Source of the DNA: a virus
Direction: 5' to 3' (one strand)
IMG/VR virus record: IMGVR_UViG_3300045988_061467
Span: 1-56,045 of that record
Length of the DNA stretch: 56,045 bases
The notes under the pieces were generated by a model, which did not search any database, was not told where the DNA came from, and saw nothing but the letters and a program-made list of their open reading frames with translations. Below are positions 18,994 to 27,095 of the stretch, one piece after another. A program made the position numbers and the translations under genes. Position 1 is the first letter of the stretch. Each line of letters opens with the position of its first letter.

Positions 18994-19680
18994 TTAGTTA
19001 AAGAATGTAGCTTGTTGCTGACCAGTAGCACTTTGTGATTGAGCTAATGATTCAGCGAGTTGCTTACCAAAGGCACCTACTTCACGTGGTTCCGGAACTC
19101 CTGCGCCTACGCGACCTGAGTTACCCGGGTTACCTGTTCCAGAAGCTCCTTTTTGTGAAGATTCAGGGTTAGGTGTTTCCTCGTCTTTAGGTGTTTCTTT
19201 GAATAAGTATTTACGAGACTCACGCAAAGACTTCAATTGATCTTCTAAACCTTTGACGTTACCTTTGTCGTCGACTGTGATATCGTCTAAGTTCATAAAT
19301 CCAAGAATGTCCGCTGCGGGAGCAATGGAATCAGTAATCAAAGGATGTAGAGCTGAAGTTACTGCTGCACTTTTAGCAATTTGAGTTTGAGCTTCTAATT
19401 GGCCTTGAAGTTTTTGAATTGTAGCCTGCGCATCACTACCCTCTTCAACTTGTTTAGACAATGTAGAAACTTCCGTCTTGTATTGCTCAATTGAATTGTT
19501 CGCTTGATCTCGTTGTTGAACAACTTCATCGAAACGTGCGTGCGGTACATAGTGCTGACCGTCGCCGTCGATAAACAATTTTGCGTCCAATTCTTTTGCT
19601 TTAGACTTCACGTGCTCTGTGACATTTTTGATTGTTGGTTCATCTAGACCTTTTAAAAGATCTTCTAATTGATAAGCCAT
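18994..19680 (-). CDS. Scaffolding protein (GP20-like)
   Basis: 228-aa helical, Q/E/K-rich protein upstream of the capsid gene. The motif YVPHARFDEVVQQRD is typical of GP20-type scaffold proteins. Confidence 0.6.
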   Translation of the reverse strand: MAYQLEDLLKGLDEPTIKNVTEHVKSKAKELDAKLFIDGDGQHYVPHARFDEVVQQRDQANNSIEQYKTEVSTLSKQVEEGSDAQATIQKLQGQLEAQTQIAKSAAVTSALHPLITDSIAPAADILGFMNLDDITVDDKGNVKGLEDQLKSLRESRKYLFKETPKDEETPNPESSQKGASGTGNPGNSGRVGAGVPEPREVGAFGKQLAESLAQSQSATGQQQATFFN

Positions 19681-19791
19681 TTGATTTCCTCCTTGAGTTT
19701 ACGCCCTCCGGCTGAATCTTCTGTTTCGATTTAATTGGAACAGTGAAACCAATTTCGAGTCGTTAAGGCGACAAGTTCCTTTTCAACATAT

Positions 19792-19820
19792 ATTATAACA
19801 GAATCGAACCCTTTTTACTA
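19792..19820 (-). promoter_or_regulatory. Extended -10 promoter ahead of the scaffold/capsid genes
   Basis: Minus strand reads TAGTAA-17 nt-(TGt)TATAAT, with the -10 at 19792-19797 and TG at 19799-19800. It would leave a leader of roughly 100 nt. Confidence 0.45.
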
Positions 19821-19856
19821 TATTTCGAAGGTTCTCGAAATTAGACAATTTATAGA

Positions 19857-19884
19857 CAAAAAGACTCGGTATTGAACCGAGTCT
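19857..19884 (-). terminator. Rho-independent terminator after the MuF-like gene
   Basis: 8-bp stem agactcgg (19862-19869) / ccgagtct (19877-19884), followed on the minus strand by UUUUUG. It overlaps the stop codon at 19883-19885. Confidence 0.65.
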
Positions 19885-20878
19885 AGTAGCTTTTAACAAA
19901 TTCGAGATCGCTATATTTTTCAGTTTTCCCTGAAGTCAGATCGTCATACCAAGCGTCTAATACATCATTAGGCTCTCCGTCTACCCATCCTCTTAACTCA
20001 TCAGCGATTTCTTCGAGTGAGTTTTCGTACCATATAGTTTGATAGCACATTCCATTAGGATGGTCGAAAGGACATTCTTCGATAGGAAATACTTCACCAT
20101 CGAGGTCGATACAGGCTTGACAAGTTCGACCTGGAGCGTGTACTGAGTGCCATTGAACTTTTCGAGCATAAGGATTAACCTTGCCCCATTGCCTCACTCC
20201 AGCTGTGGCTGAGTGGCTAATAGTAGTTCGAGCAAGTCGAAGGGCATTATATTCGAGATTTTGATATCTGTGAGCAGTTGGTTTTCCTAATGTTTCCGCG
20301 ATTTTATCGAAGTCCCATTCTTTTCGAGCTTTTGGATCAATGTACTTTTCGAGCATTTTAGCCATGTCGACTGCAGACATTCCACTTGCTAGGCCTTGTG
20401 TGACGATTTGTTGAACGTCATTTCCTGCGCGTGCTGCATTAGACCATACACGTTTCGATAGATTCTTTCCATCTTTGTAGATTTCACCTTTAGTGACTAC
20501 TTCAGCAGCTCTACGGCTAAAGACTAATGATGCTGCCCGTACTTCCTTTTCGAACTTTTCAGCTGTTGCGTTGCCATCTTCCCCTAGAATGTTCAATAAA
20601 TGTAGAACTTGTCCATCTATGGCGTTCTCTGCGGCCTTTTCGGAGTATTCGTGCATGACATGAACTAAAACTTTATGAAGGTCATAGGCGTAGTCTTTAT
20701 AGATGCGTTTAGGTAGGTAGCCATTTCGAGATTTTCGAATCTTTTCTATTAAAGTGTTCCCTGCGTCATTAAATGCTTTTAAAACAGCTTCCTCTTGTTC
20801 AAGGGTCAATTTAATGTTGGTCTCGTGTATAGCTTTTTCCCAACTACTGAGATACCCATTCTTTTTCTCTTTTCTCAA
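19883..20878 (-). CDS. Minor capsid / head morphogenesis protein (SPP1 gp7 / Mu F-like)
   Basis: The C-terminal HAPGRTCQACIDLDGEVFPIEECPFDHPNGMCYQ is a typical Phage_Mu_F ending. The start is a TTG at 20878 with AAGGAG 7 nt upstream. Confidence 0.7.
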   Translation of the reverse strand: MRKEKKNGYLSSWEKAIHETNIKLTLEQEEAVLKAFNDAGNTLIEKIRKSRNGYLPKRIYKDYAYDLHKVLVHVMHEYSEKAAENAIDGQVLHLLNILGEDGNATAEKFEKEVRAASLVFSRRAAEVVTKGEIYKDGKNLSKRVWSNAARAGNDVQQIVTQGLASGMSAVDMAKMLEKYIDPKARKEWDFDKIAETLGKPTAHRYQNLEYNALRLARTTISHSATAGVRQWGKVNPYARKVQWHSVHAPGRTCQACIDLDGEVFPIEECPFDHPNGMCYQTIWYENSLEEIADELRGWVDGEPNDVLDAWYDDLTSGKTEKYSDLEFVKSY

Positions 20879-21281
20879 TGTTCAGCTCCTTTTTCAATTT
20901 TGCAGTAAGGCCTGAAATCTTATGACCAGCGTCTTCGTCCTTCATTCGATATTCATGGTAAAGGTTTTGGTTCATTGCTGGACCTTTTTCTAATTCCTTT
21001 TTCATTTTGTTACGACATTCATTTCTAAATCGAATGAGTTTTTCGATCTCTTTATCGCCGACATAAGTAGTGAACCTATAATGACACTTAGGACATTCGA
21101 AGAATCTCCACTCTACGCCTCTTTCGATATGTTTCGAAATGATTTGTTTCGAAGATAGTTCGAATTTATGTTCACAATGGTCACAGTTGACATCAAAGAC
21201 CGTTTTAGATTCGATCTTGGGCTTGTTGCTCTTCTTGTCCTGGCGCACTTGGTTCTTCAATTGTTTCTTCTTGTTCTTCAT
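20844..21281 (-). CDS. Zinc-ribbon protein (about 145-152 aa), start uncertain (ATG 21281 or 21302)
   Basis: Carries CDHC...CPKC (two CxxC pairs). The basic N-terminus is encoded inside the 3' end of the portal gene in another frame. AAGAGGA lies 7 nt before the ATG at 21281. Confidence 0.5.
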   Translation of the reverse strand: MKNKKKQLKNQVRQDKKSNKPKIESKTVFDVNCDHCEHKFELSSKQIISKHIERGVEWRFFECPKCHYRFTTYVGDKEIEKLIRFRNECRNKMKKELEKGPAMNQNLYHEYRMKDEDAGHKISGLTAKLKKELNIEKREKEWVSQ

Positions 21282-22947
21282 GTTGAGGTTCCTCTTGTTC
21301 ATTTAATTCTTCTGCTAATACTGGTAGGGCGCCTGCGGAAATTTCATCCAGTTGCGCAAGTTCTTCTAATACACGTTCCCACTCTTTATCAGCTTTTTCT
21401 TTCTTACTGAACTCTTCGATATAAGATTGGTGACTTCGAACGTTTGTCTGTACTTCAGTAAGTGCAGTCTGTTTAGCAGAAAGTTCGTCACTTGGTAATG
21501 GATAACGATGCTCAATTGATAACGTTGTTAGTGTCTGGTAGCTTGATTGAATGTCTTGGGGTAAAATGCCTAAGTCGACTGATACTTTACCTAAGATTTC
21601 TTCTAATAGTTCAATAAGCCATTGAATAGCGTCATCCCATTCTGCCCACTTGTCATCACATTTACTCATTAGGTCATAGAATAGATATTGCATTGCAATT
21701 CCAGATGGCGCATCTTGTACTTTTTCAGGTAGTGGCTGGTCCATGAGTTCATACATGGCTTTCTTGGCTCCATCTAAATAGTATTGAGCAGTAGGTAGGA
21801 AGTTGAAGTTTCCGGAAATAGTAGTGACTTGAGCCTGCTTCCCTCCTGCTCCGCCAATTGAGGACGTAGGGTCACTCTTAATATCAACAAGTGCATTAGG
21901 AGCAATCTTCATTCCTTGAATTGATTTCGAAGATCCGTCAATAATAACAGGTTGTTCGAACATTTTAAATCGAAGTGAATCGCGCATGTCACTAATAGTT
22001 CGGTTCGTGTTATCCGCGATAGTGATTAAGTCTTTGACGTCGCTTGTACCATATACATCATTAGTAAGTGGTTCATTTAAAATGACTTTGCAAGGAATTT
22101 GACTAAGTCCAGTTGGCGCTGACTCTTGAACTTTTAATGGTACTTGAACTTTATTACCTAAATTGTCTTCGATTTCAATTAGTTTAGCGTCTTTTTCTTT
22201 AATTGTAGTTTGACCGTCTTCTGTCATGTAGATTTGGTTCGAAGTTCCGTCAGTCAGCGTGTAGGTGATCCAGCATTGCTCTTCGACATCTTCTAGCGCC
22301 GTGGTGATCCCAGAATTCGAACTTCCTGATTTCATTTCATAACGGTAGTGGTGCCATAATTGCTTTTCAGTAGACATTCCTTTCGTACGCTCGTCTTGAT
22401 AAACAATGTCAACGGACAATAGACGTGAAGGATCTTTAGGATCTACTATATATGAAAATTGCGGCATTGAATAAAACTGAACATCAATTGACTCGCCTGG
22501 GTTTGCAATAACGGATAATAGAACTCGTTTACCTACTGTCGCATCTACGAGAGCTCGTTTACATTTACTCCAGAACTTTGCGTGAGCTAAAATATGGTCG
22601 AATAAAATTCGCTTATTCTCCGCCTTATCGTCTTCTTTGTCTACAATAGGACTGAAGATCAGTTCAGGCTCAGTTCCCATCATAAAGCGTGCTTGCTTTT
22701 TAATGAGGGATCGAATGTAGTTTCGAATTTCTCGAGTAGGTGTATAGTCAAGTGAATCTTCTTTTATCTTCCACGTTTGACCATAGTCAGTATTCAAGTC
22801 CGTTACATCATATCCGTCGAAGTATTGATAATACTGTTCGACTTCCTGAAGTTCCTTTTTGAACTTTTGATTTTGCGCCAACGGGCTGTCAAAGGACTGA
22901 CTGACAAGCTCGTCGGTATGGGAAATAGCTTTTGATTTTTTAGCCAT
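21205..22947 (-). CDS. Portal protein (SPP1 gp6-like)
   Basis: 580-aa ORF directly after terL, with an acidic C-terminal tail (EEPQHEEQEETIEEPS). Confidence 0.8.
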   Translation of the reverse strand: MAKKSKAISHTDELVSQSFDSPLAQNQKFKKELQEVEQYYQYFDGYDVTDLNTDYGQTWKIKEDSLDYTPTREIRNYIRSLIKKQARFMMGTEPELIFSPIVDKEDDKAENKRILFDHILAHAKFWSKCKRALVDATVGKRVLLSVIANPGESIDVQFYSMPQFSYIVDPKDPSRLLSVDIVYQDERTKGMSTEKQLWHHYRYEMKSGSSNSGITTALEDVEEQCWITYTLTDGTSNQIYMTEDGQTTIKEKDAKLIEIEDNLGNKVQVPLKVQESAPTGLSQIPCKVILNEPLTNDVYGTSDVKDLITIADNTNRTISDMRDSLRFKMFEQPVIIDGSSKSIQGMKIAPNALVDIKSDPTSSIGGAGGKQAQVTTISGNFNFLPTAQYYLDGAKKAMYELMDQPLPEKVQDAPSGIAMQYLFYDLMSKCDDKWAEWDDAIQWLIELLEEILGKVSVDLGILPQDIQSSYQTLTTLSIEHRYPLPSDELSAKQTALTEVQTNVRSHQSYIEEFSKKEKADKEWERVLEELAQLDEISAGALPVLAEELNEQEEPQHEEQEETIEEPSAPGQEEQQAQDRI

Positions 22948-23004
22948 GTAGTTTACCTCCTATAATGTATTATACACTATTTTGACTAATATCGTTTACC
23001 TTAT

Positions 23005-24393
23005 TTAGCGCGCACCTTTACCTGATAATACTTGGATTTCGAAACCAAAGTCGTCATTGATGATGGCGTCAGTAAGGCAGGCGTACCTATTACGGTCCAT
23101 ACAGTGGTCATTCTCTTTAATGACCTGATCTTTACCAATTTGGCTGGCCTTACTGTCCCAGCTATATGAATAATATTCATCTATGTCGTGCGTGTTGCTT
23201 GGATCTAATGTAAAGCGTCCCTCGGTTAAGAGTTCAGCGTGAAATGAAATTCCGAGTGTCACATCATTTCGAGCAGGAATGATAGGAATGTTCTTTCTTA
23301 CTATATAAGGATGCTTTTGAAGTTCGACAATCATTGCAGCCGCTGAAGGGTCTAGTATGATGTATTCAATAGGAAGTCCTCTAATCATTTTTACTAGATC
23401 ATTTGCATATTCTTTAGTTGTCTTTTGAAGTATTGAACTGAACTGAACATTAGCATTCACATCCGCCTCAGTGAGTTGTTCTTCCGCCTCGCGCCCTGAG
23501 TGGTAGTATGATTGAATTAAATGGTAGTGCTTGTGACGTTTCGAGAATCCATAAAGTCCAAAGGTAGTGGCGTTATAGATACCAAAGTCCCCTGCGACGA
23601 ATAATCGATCAAATTCTATGTCTAGGGGTCGAACATGCTGCTCTTCATTAAACATTGAATAAACAAGTCCATCCGCTGTGACCCAAAGGCCTAAAATGAA
23701 TCGCTTACGGAAAACACCTGCATACATTTTAGAATAGCGCTCTTTGACGTGTTCACTAAGACTAGGATTATCATCCATTGTAAAGTGAAGATATAGAATA
23801 CGTTTTTCGAGTTGTTTATCAATCCAATTCTTTTTGAAATAGTGATTTGGATTTGCCGGGTTACAAGAGAACCACATTTTCGAACCTTCTACTGAACAGC
23901 GCCCTGTGGCCTGGTTGACAAAGGATTCAGGCATCAGTGCCACCTCATCACAAAAGATCCCAGCTAGTGTGACCCCTTGAATAAGGTCTTGGCTCGACTC
24001 ATCTTTTCCTCCGAATATATAGAAGTAATTGACTATTTCTTCTCCGTCTCTAAAGTGTCTAATAATAAGTAGATTTTCATTTCGGACATCTCTTATTTCA
24101 TACCCGCGACTTGTGAGCATTTGTTTTAGAGGCTGAATAACATTCCGTCTAGCTGAGTGAATTGTCTTTCCGCAGATGGCAAAGTTTTGTCCATTGAATT
24201 CCGTCATGGCCCAAAGCGAAAATGAAAGAGCCATGGATACTGTCTTCCCTGAACGAATTGACCCGTCTGCTATGACGATATCGAAATCTCGAAAAGGGGA
24301 TCCTTTTGTCCACCATGTTAATAATTGAAGCTGTTTCTTGCTAAAAGGAACAAAGTTGAATCTAGGTAGTTTATTTCTCAGGCTTGTTATCAT
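23005..24393 (-). CDS. terL: Terminase large subunit (PBSX / Terminase_3-like, headful type)
   Basis: Walker A-like ADGSIRSGKT, a DE motif (GIFCDEVA) and a C-terminal nuclease half. It sits in the terS-terL-portal order. Confidence 0.85.
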   Translation of the reverse strand: MITSLRNKLPRFNFVPFSKKQLQLLTWWTKGSPFRDFDIVIADGSIRSGKTVSMALSFSLWAMTEFNGQNFAICGKTIHSARRNVIQPLKQMLTSRGYEIRDVRNENLLIIRHFRDGEEIVNYFYIFGGKDESSQDLIQGVTLAGIFCDEVALMPESFVNQATGRCSVEGSKMWFSCNPANPNHYFKKNWIDKQLEKRILYLHFTMDDNPSLSEHVKERYSKMYAGVFRKRFILGLWVTADGLVYSMFNEEQHVRPLDIEFDRLFVAGDFGIYNATTFGLYGFSKRHKHYHLIQSYYHSGREAEEQLTEADVNANVQFSSILQKTTKEYANDLVKMIRGLPIEYIILDPSAAAMIVELQKHPYIVRKNIPIIPARNDVTLGISFHAELLTEGRFTLDPSNTHDIDEYYSYSWDSKASQIGKDQVIKENDHCMDRNRYACLTDAIINDDFGFEIQVLSGKGAR

Positions 24394-25111
24394 TGTCAGT
24401 TACTCCTTTAATGTAGGAACCTGTTGCTTCACTAAATTCTTGCCAAACGGCTTGAGCTGCTTTATCTAGTGCTTCTACGAAGTTATCTTTGACTTCACCT
24501 TCGACTTCTTGGTCGCCCATTTTGGCCCGGAGCAATGTAATTTTATCGCGCTCAATTTGTAGTCTATATCGAACTTCCTCAGGCAACATTCCATTTGCTC
24601 TTTCTTGTCCTTTTTGAGCTCTGTCTATAAGGTTCGAAAGTACATCTAATGCGCCCCATCTAATATTTCCTTCTTTAGTAAATAAATATCTATCAGGATT
24701 ATCTAAGCACATTTCGACGATGTTCATTAGTTTTTCCCAGGCGGCGTGATATTTAATATTGACTGATACTTTAAACCCTGCATACATTTGAGTCAAAGTA
24801 TCATTAGTAACAAGAGCCTTTTCATTCTCGAACTCTTTCTTAGCCTTGACCCATTTATCGCGAGCTCTAATTTCGCCAACACGTTTTTCCGCCATGCCAT
24901 AACGGGCAGCAATTTCCTGAATAGTCATGCCTCTAATAAATTCCAATTTCATTCTAGCATCACGTTCCTTAATTGTCATCTTAATGCCTTTATAGTCATA
25001 TTCTATATATTGGTCTTTATCGACACGCGCATTCGCTTTTATTCCCTTTTTGCCTTTTGGCCGTGAAGGAGTTCTTCCTTTTCGAACTTTTGGTCCAGTA
25101 GCTTTCGCCAT
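24371..25111 (-). CDS. terS: Terminase small subunit
   Basis: Basic N-terminus and an HTH (MTIQEIAARYGMAEKRVGEIRARDKW). It is the first gene of the late block and overlaps terL by 23 nt. Confidence 0.7.
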   Translation of the reverse strand: MAKATGPKVRKGRTPSRPKGKKGIKANARVDKDQYIEYDYKGIKMTIKERDARMKLEFIRGMTIQEIAARYGMAEKRVGEIRARDKWVKAKKEFENEKALVTNDTLTQMYAGFKVSVNIKYHAAWEKLMNIVEMCLDNPDRYLFTKEGNIRWGALDVLSNLIDRAQKGQERANGMLPEEVRYRLQIERDKITLLRAKMGDQEVEGEVKDNFVEALDKAAQAVWQEFSEATGSYIKGVTDNDNKPEK

Positions 25112-25143
25112 TTATTGACCCTCCTTTATAATTTATCGTTTAC

Positions 25144-25172
25144 ATTGTAACAAATTTGCGCGTGACTTACAA
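25144..25172 (-). promoter_or_regulatory. Putative late-operon promoter upstream of terS
   Basis: Minus strand reads TTGTAA (25167-25172)-17 nt-(TGt)TACAAT (25144-25149), ~30 nt upstream of the terS RBS. Confidence 0.5.
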
Positions 25173-25222
25173 TTGACTGAATTTATAGTCCTATAATGAG
25201 AAAAAGAGTGATTTTGAAATTA

Positions 25223-25509
25223 AACCGGTTGAACTAATACGGTAATATTTTCCGTTTTCGAGCAGTTATTTTGAGGTCGATTTTTCGAAAGATTGAGGTT
25301 TTCGAACCGGTTGAGTTTTTCGAGCATTTCCCTGAGTTTTTCGAGCATTCTCGACTTTTCAAACCGGTTCGACTTTTCGAGAAATTGAGGTTTTCGACCC
25401 CTTTTTTATGCTCGACTTTTCGAAGATTCTGAACTTTTCGACCCGTTTTTTGAGGTCGATTATTCGAGCATTCTCGACTTTTCGAGTGCTTTTCAGTCAG
25501 TATCGAAAA
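25223..25509. repeat. Dense short-repeat array (TTTTCGA iterons, AACCGGTT palindromes, nested 13-20-bp direct repeats); candidate pac, ori or activator-binding region
   Basis: Ten perfect TTTTCGA start at 25255, 25282, 25299, 25317, 25338, 25374, 25391, 25417, 25435 and 25479. Variants lie at 25356 and 25461, and an inverted copy at 25503. AACCGGTT occurs at 25223, 25305 and 25362. The 20-mer TCGAGCATTCTCGACTTTTC occurs at 25341 and 25464. Confidence 0.8.
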
Positions 25510-25699
25510 GTTCAAACTTACTAATTTTACGGTATTTGAGAGCATTTTTAGATTTTGTTTGTAGAAGTGCTTCTTTAGGTCTCTCATTCTATATTCAGTA
25601 GTTCATTCGAAAGTTTGCTAAATGCTTATCTAATTAGTGTTTGCTGTGTATTATTTGTTGATAGAATTGTTTATTATTGATAAAGGTCTCGACTTTTAT

Positions 25700-25854
25700 G
25701 TCGCCCCTAATTTTTGTTTATACTTACGGACTATGGCGTTTATAGGTATTTTGGGCGCCTTTATTTTTAGGGCCTTGTTAAGTCCTTTTTCTATATTAGA
25801 TTGACTATAAATGAGGGTAAAAATAAGTATGAAATAGCACTTGTTTTTGGCGCC
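25700..25854. promoter_or_regulatory. Three G(G/T)CGCC boxes embedded in T-tracts within the AT-rich divergent intergenic region
   Basis: ttttatGTCGCCcctaattttt (25700), attttgGGCGCCtttattttt (25754) and gtttttGGCGCCcatttttt (25849). These GC hexamers stand out in otherwise AT-rich non-coding DNA. Confidence 0.5.
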
Positions 25855-25920
25855 CATTTTTTAATTTTTAAATAGTTCAAAAAAAAATTTAAAAAAGTTC
25901 GACTTTTTACACAAAAATGC

Positions 25921-25949
25921 TTTACATTATTCGTTCATTATCGTATAAT
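25921..25949 (+). promoter_or_regulatory. Family-1 (early, sigma-A consensus-like) promoter, plus-strand copy 1
   Basis: TTTACA-17 nt-TATAAT with an upstream A/T tract. About 90 bp, including the leader and RBS (aagaggtaaNcaaaATG), is duplicated at 27880-27970. Confidence 0.7.
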
Positions 25950-25983
25950 CATAATATAAATAAAAATAAAAGAGGTAACCAAA

Positions 25984-26388
25984 ATGGAAAAAGTTCTTAA
26001 TTTCGCATACGTCACTCCTAAGTGGACAGACAACAAAAAAGGATATAAGTTTCACTTCGAAAGTATTCGAGTAAAGGAAACTGAAAAACAATATAAAGTA
26101 ATTAAAACTAACCCTAACTTATTTTTGGACCTAGGTTCAGTTATTAAAAAAGATGAATTAGATCACAGAGCAGTATCTAAAGCTTGCGGTTTTTCTGAAG
26201 TAGGAATAACTATTGTAGATGGAAGTCTAATAGATGCTAAAATGGCTCTCGTTACTAAAATCGGTGAACGTATCTCTTATATAAAAGGAAGAATGCAAAG
26301 CCGAGCAGACAAAGGAAGAGGTGAAAGCAGTCACTTAACAAAACAGATGGAAGATTGCGCTAATCAACTCATAGCTATTTATGCTTAA
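25984..26388 (+). CDS. Hypothetical protein (134 aa)
   Basis: First ORF after the family-1 promoter, with RBS AGAGG. No recognisable motif. Confidence 0.6.
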   Translation: MEKVLNFAYVTPKWTDNKKGYKFHFESIRVKETEKQYKVIKTNPNLFLDLGSVIKKDELDHRAVSKACGFSEVGITIVDGSLIDAKMALVTKIGERISYIKGRMQSRADKGRGESSHLTKQMEDCANQLIAIYA

Positions 26389-26402
26389 CGAGGAAGTGTC
26401 CA

Positions 26403-26723
26403 ATGAAACTTTATCACGCCACTAACTTTGAAAATTTAAGTGATATCCTAGACGAGGGCTTGAAGCCTTCGTTTGGGGTTATCTATTTTGCTGAGAGTTA
26501 TGAAAAAGCTCTTGCATTTTTAGCCTTACGCTCTATTGATGTAGTTGTGTTCGAAGTTGAAGTTGATATTGAACAATGTCAGGAAAGTTTCGACCATAGC
26601 GGATCAATGTTTTGTCGACTATTTAATTTTGACAATTGTCGCGCCTGGACTTACGATAAGCCTATTGCTCCTGAAGATATTGACTTCAGTAAAGCTCGAG
26701 TCTATAATAGGAAAGGAGAATAA
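26403..26723 (+). CDS. Hypothetical protein (106 aa) with a possible minimal ADP-ribosyltransferase-fold N-terminal motif
   Basis: MKLYHATNFENLSDILDEGLKPSFGVIYFAESYEKALAF resembles the LYHG[ST]...GL / FG-x-FY-x-[ST] opening motifs of H-Y-E-type ART-fold families. This is motif-level only. Confidence 0.25.
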   Translation: MKLYHATNFENLSDILDEGLKPSFGVIYFAESYEKALAFLALRSIDVVVFEVEVDIEQCQESFDHSGSMFCRLFNFDNCRAWTYDKPIAPEDIDFSKARVYNRKGE

Positions 26724-27094
26724 TGGGAAATAAATGGAAGGTCATTCATTTTCAGAATTCCTGTATTAAACAAGTAGACGATGAAAAAAGACGTCTACTT
26801 TTTGAGGTGCCCGGAACTCCTTATCGTCTAAGAGTTTGGGTGAAAATGAGCCTAGTTAAAATTGAAACACGCGCAGGAAATGGCTATTATAAGGAACTAA
26901 TATATCAAGACGATTTTGTATTTTATGGTAAGGAGTTAATAGATGGTTATTTAATTGACGCCACCATAACTGGCAAATCTTTGGCGGAATATTGTGAGCC
27001 TATGAATAGACATATTCTCGAAACTATTGCATCGCGAGAAGCAGCTGAATTAAACAGAGCTAAAAAGCTAGACCAACAGAAATGGAGATATTAG
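26723..27094 (+). CDS. Hypothetical protein (123 aa)
   Basis: Its ATG overlaps the upstream stop (TAATG), suggesting a translationally coupled cassette. Confidence 0.55.
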   Translation: MGNKWKVIHFQNSCIKQVDDEKRRLLFEVPGTPYRLRVWVKMSLVKIETRAGNGYYKELIYQDDFVFYGKELIDGYLIDATITGKSLAEYCEPMNRHILETIASREAAELNRAKKLDQQKWRY

Positions 27095-27095
27095 T

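Noticed and set aside
22969-22974. TATAAT (preceded by agtg) between terL and the portal gene on the minus strand
   Set aside because: No acceptable -35 lies at 17-18 nt (aaacga / taaacg), and GTG is not a true TGn extended -10. It is probably a chance match in AT-rich spacer, so it is not listed as a promoter.
25234-25587. 117-aa minus-strand ORF spanning the TTTTCGA repeat array
   Set aside because: The protein is low-complexity (repeated SKSRECS/KNS strings) and simply mirrors the DNA repeats. No convincing RBS was seen. The region behaves like regulatory, pac or ori DNA, so the ORF is most likely a by-product of the repeat array, although expression cannot be excluded.
25698-25812. Two mini-ORFs (15 and 23 codons; the second is hydrophobic, MAFIGILGAFIFRALLSPFSILD) in the AT-rich intergenic region
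   Set aside because: They lack a convincing RBS and are very short. The GGCGCC boxes they contain are better interpreted as DNA sites.
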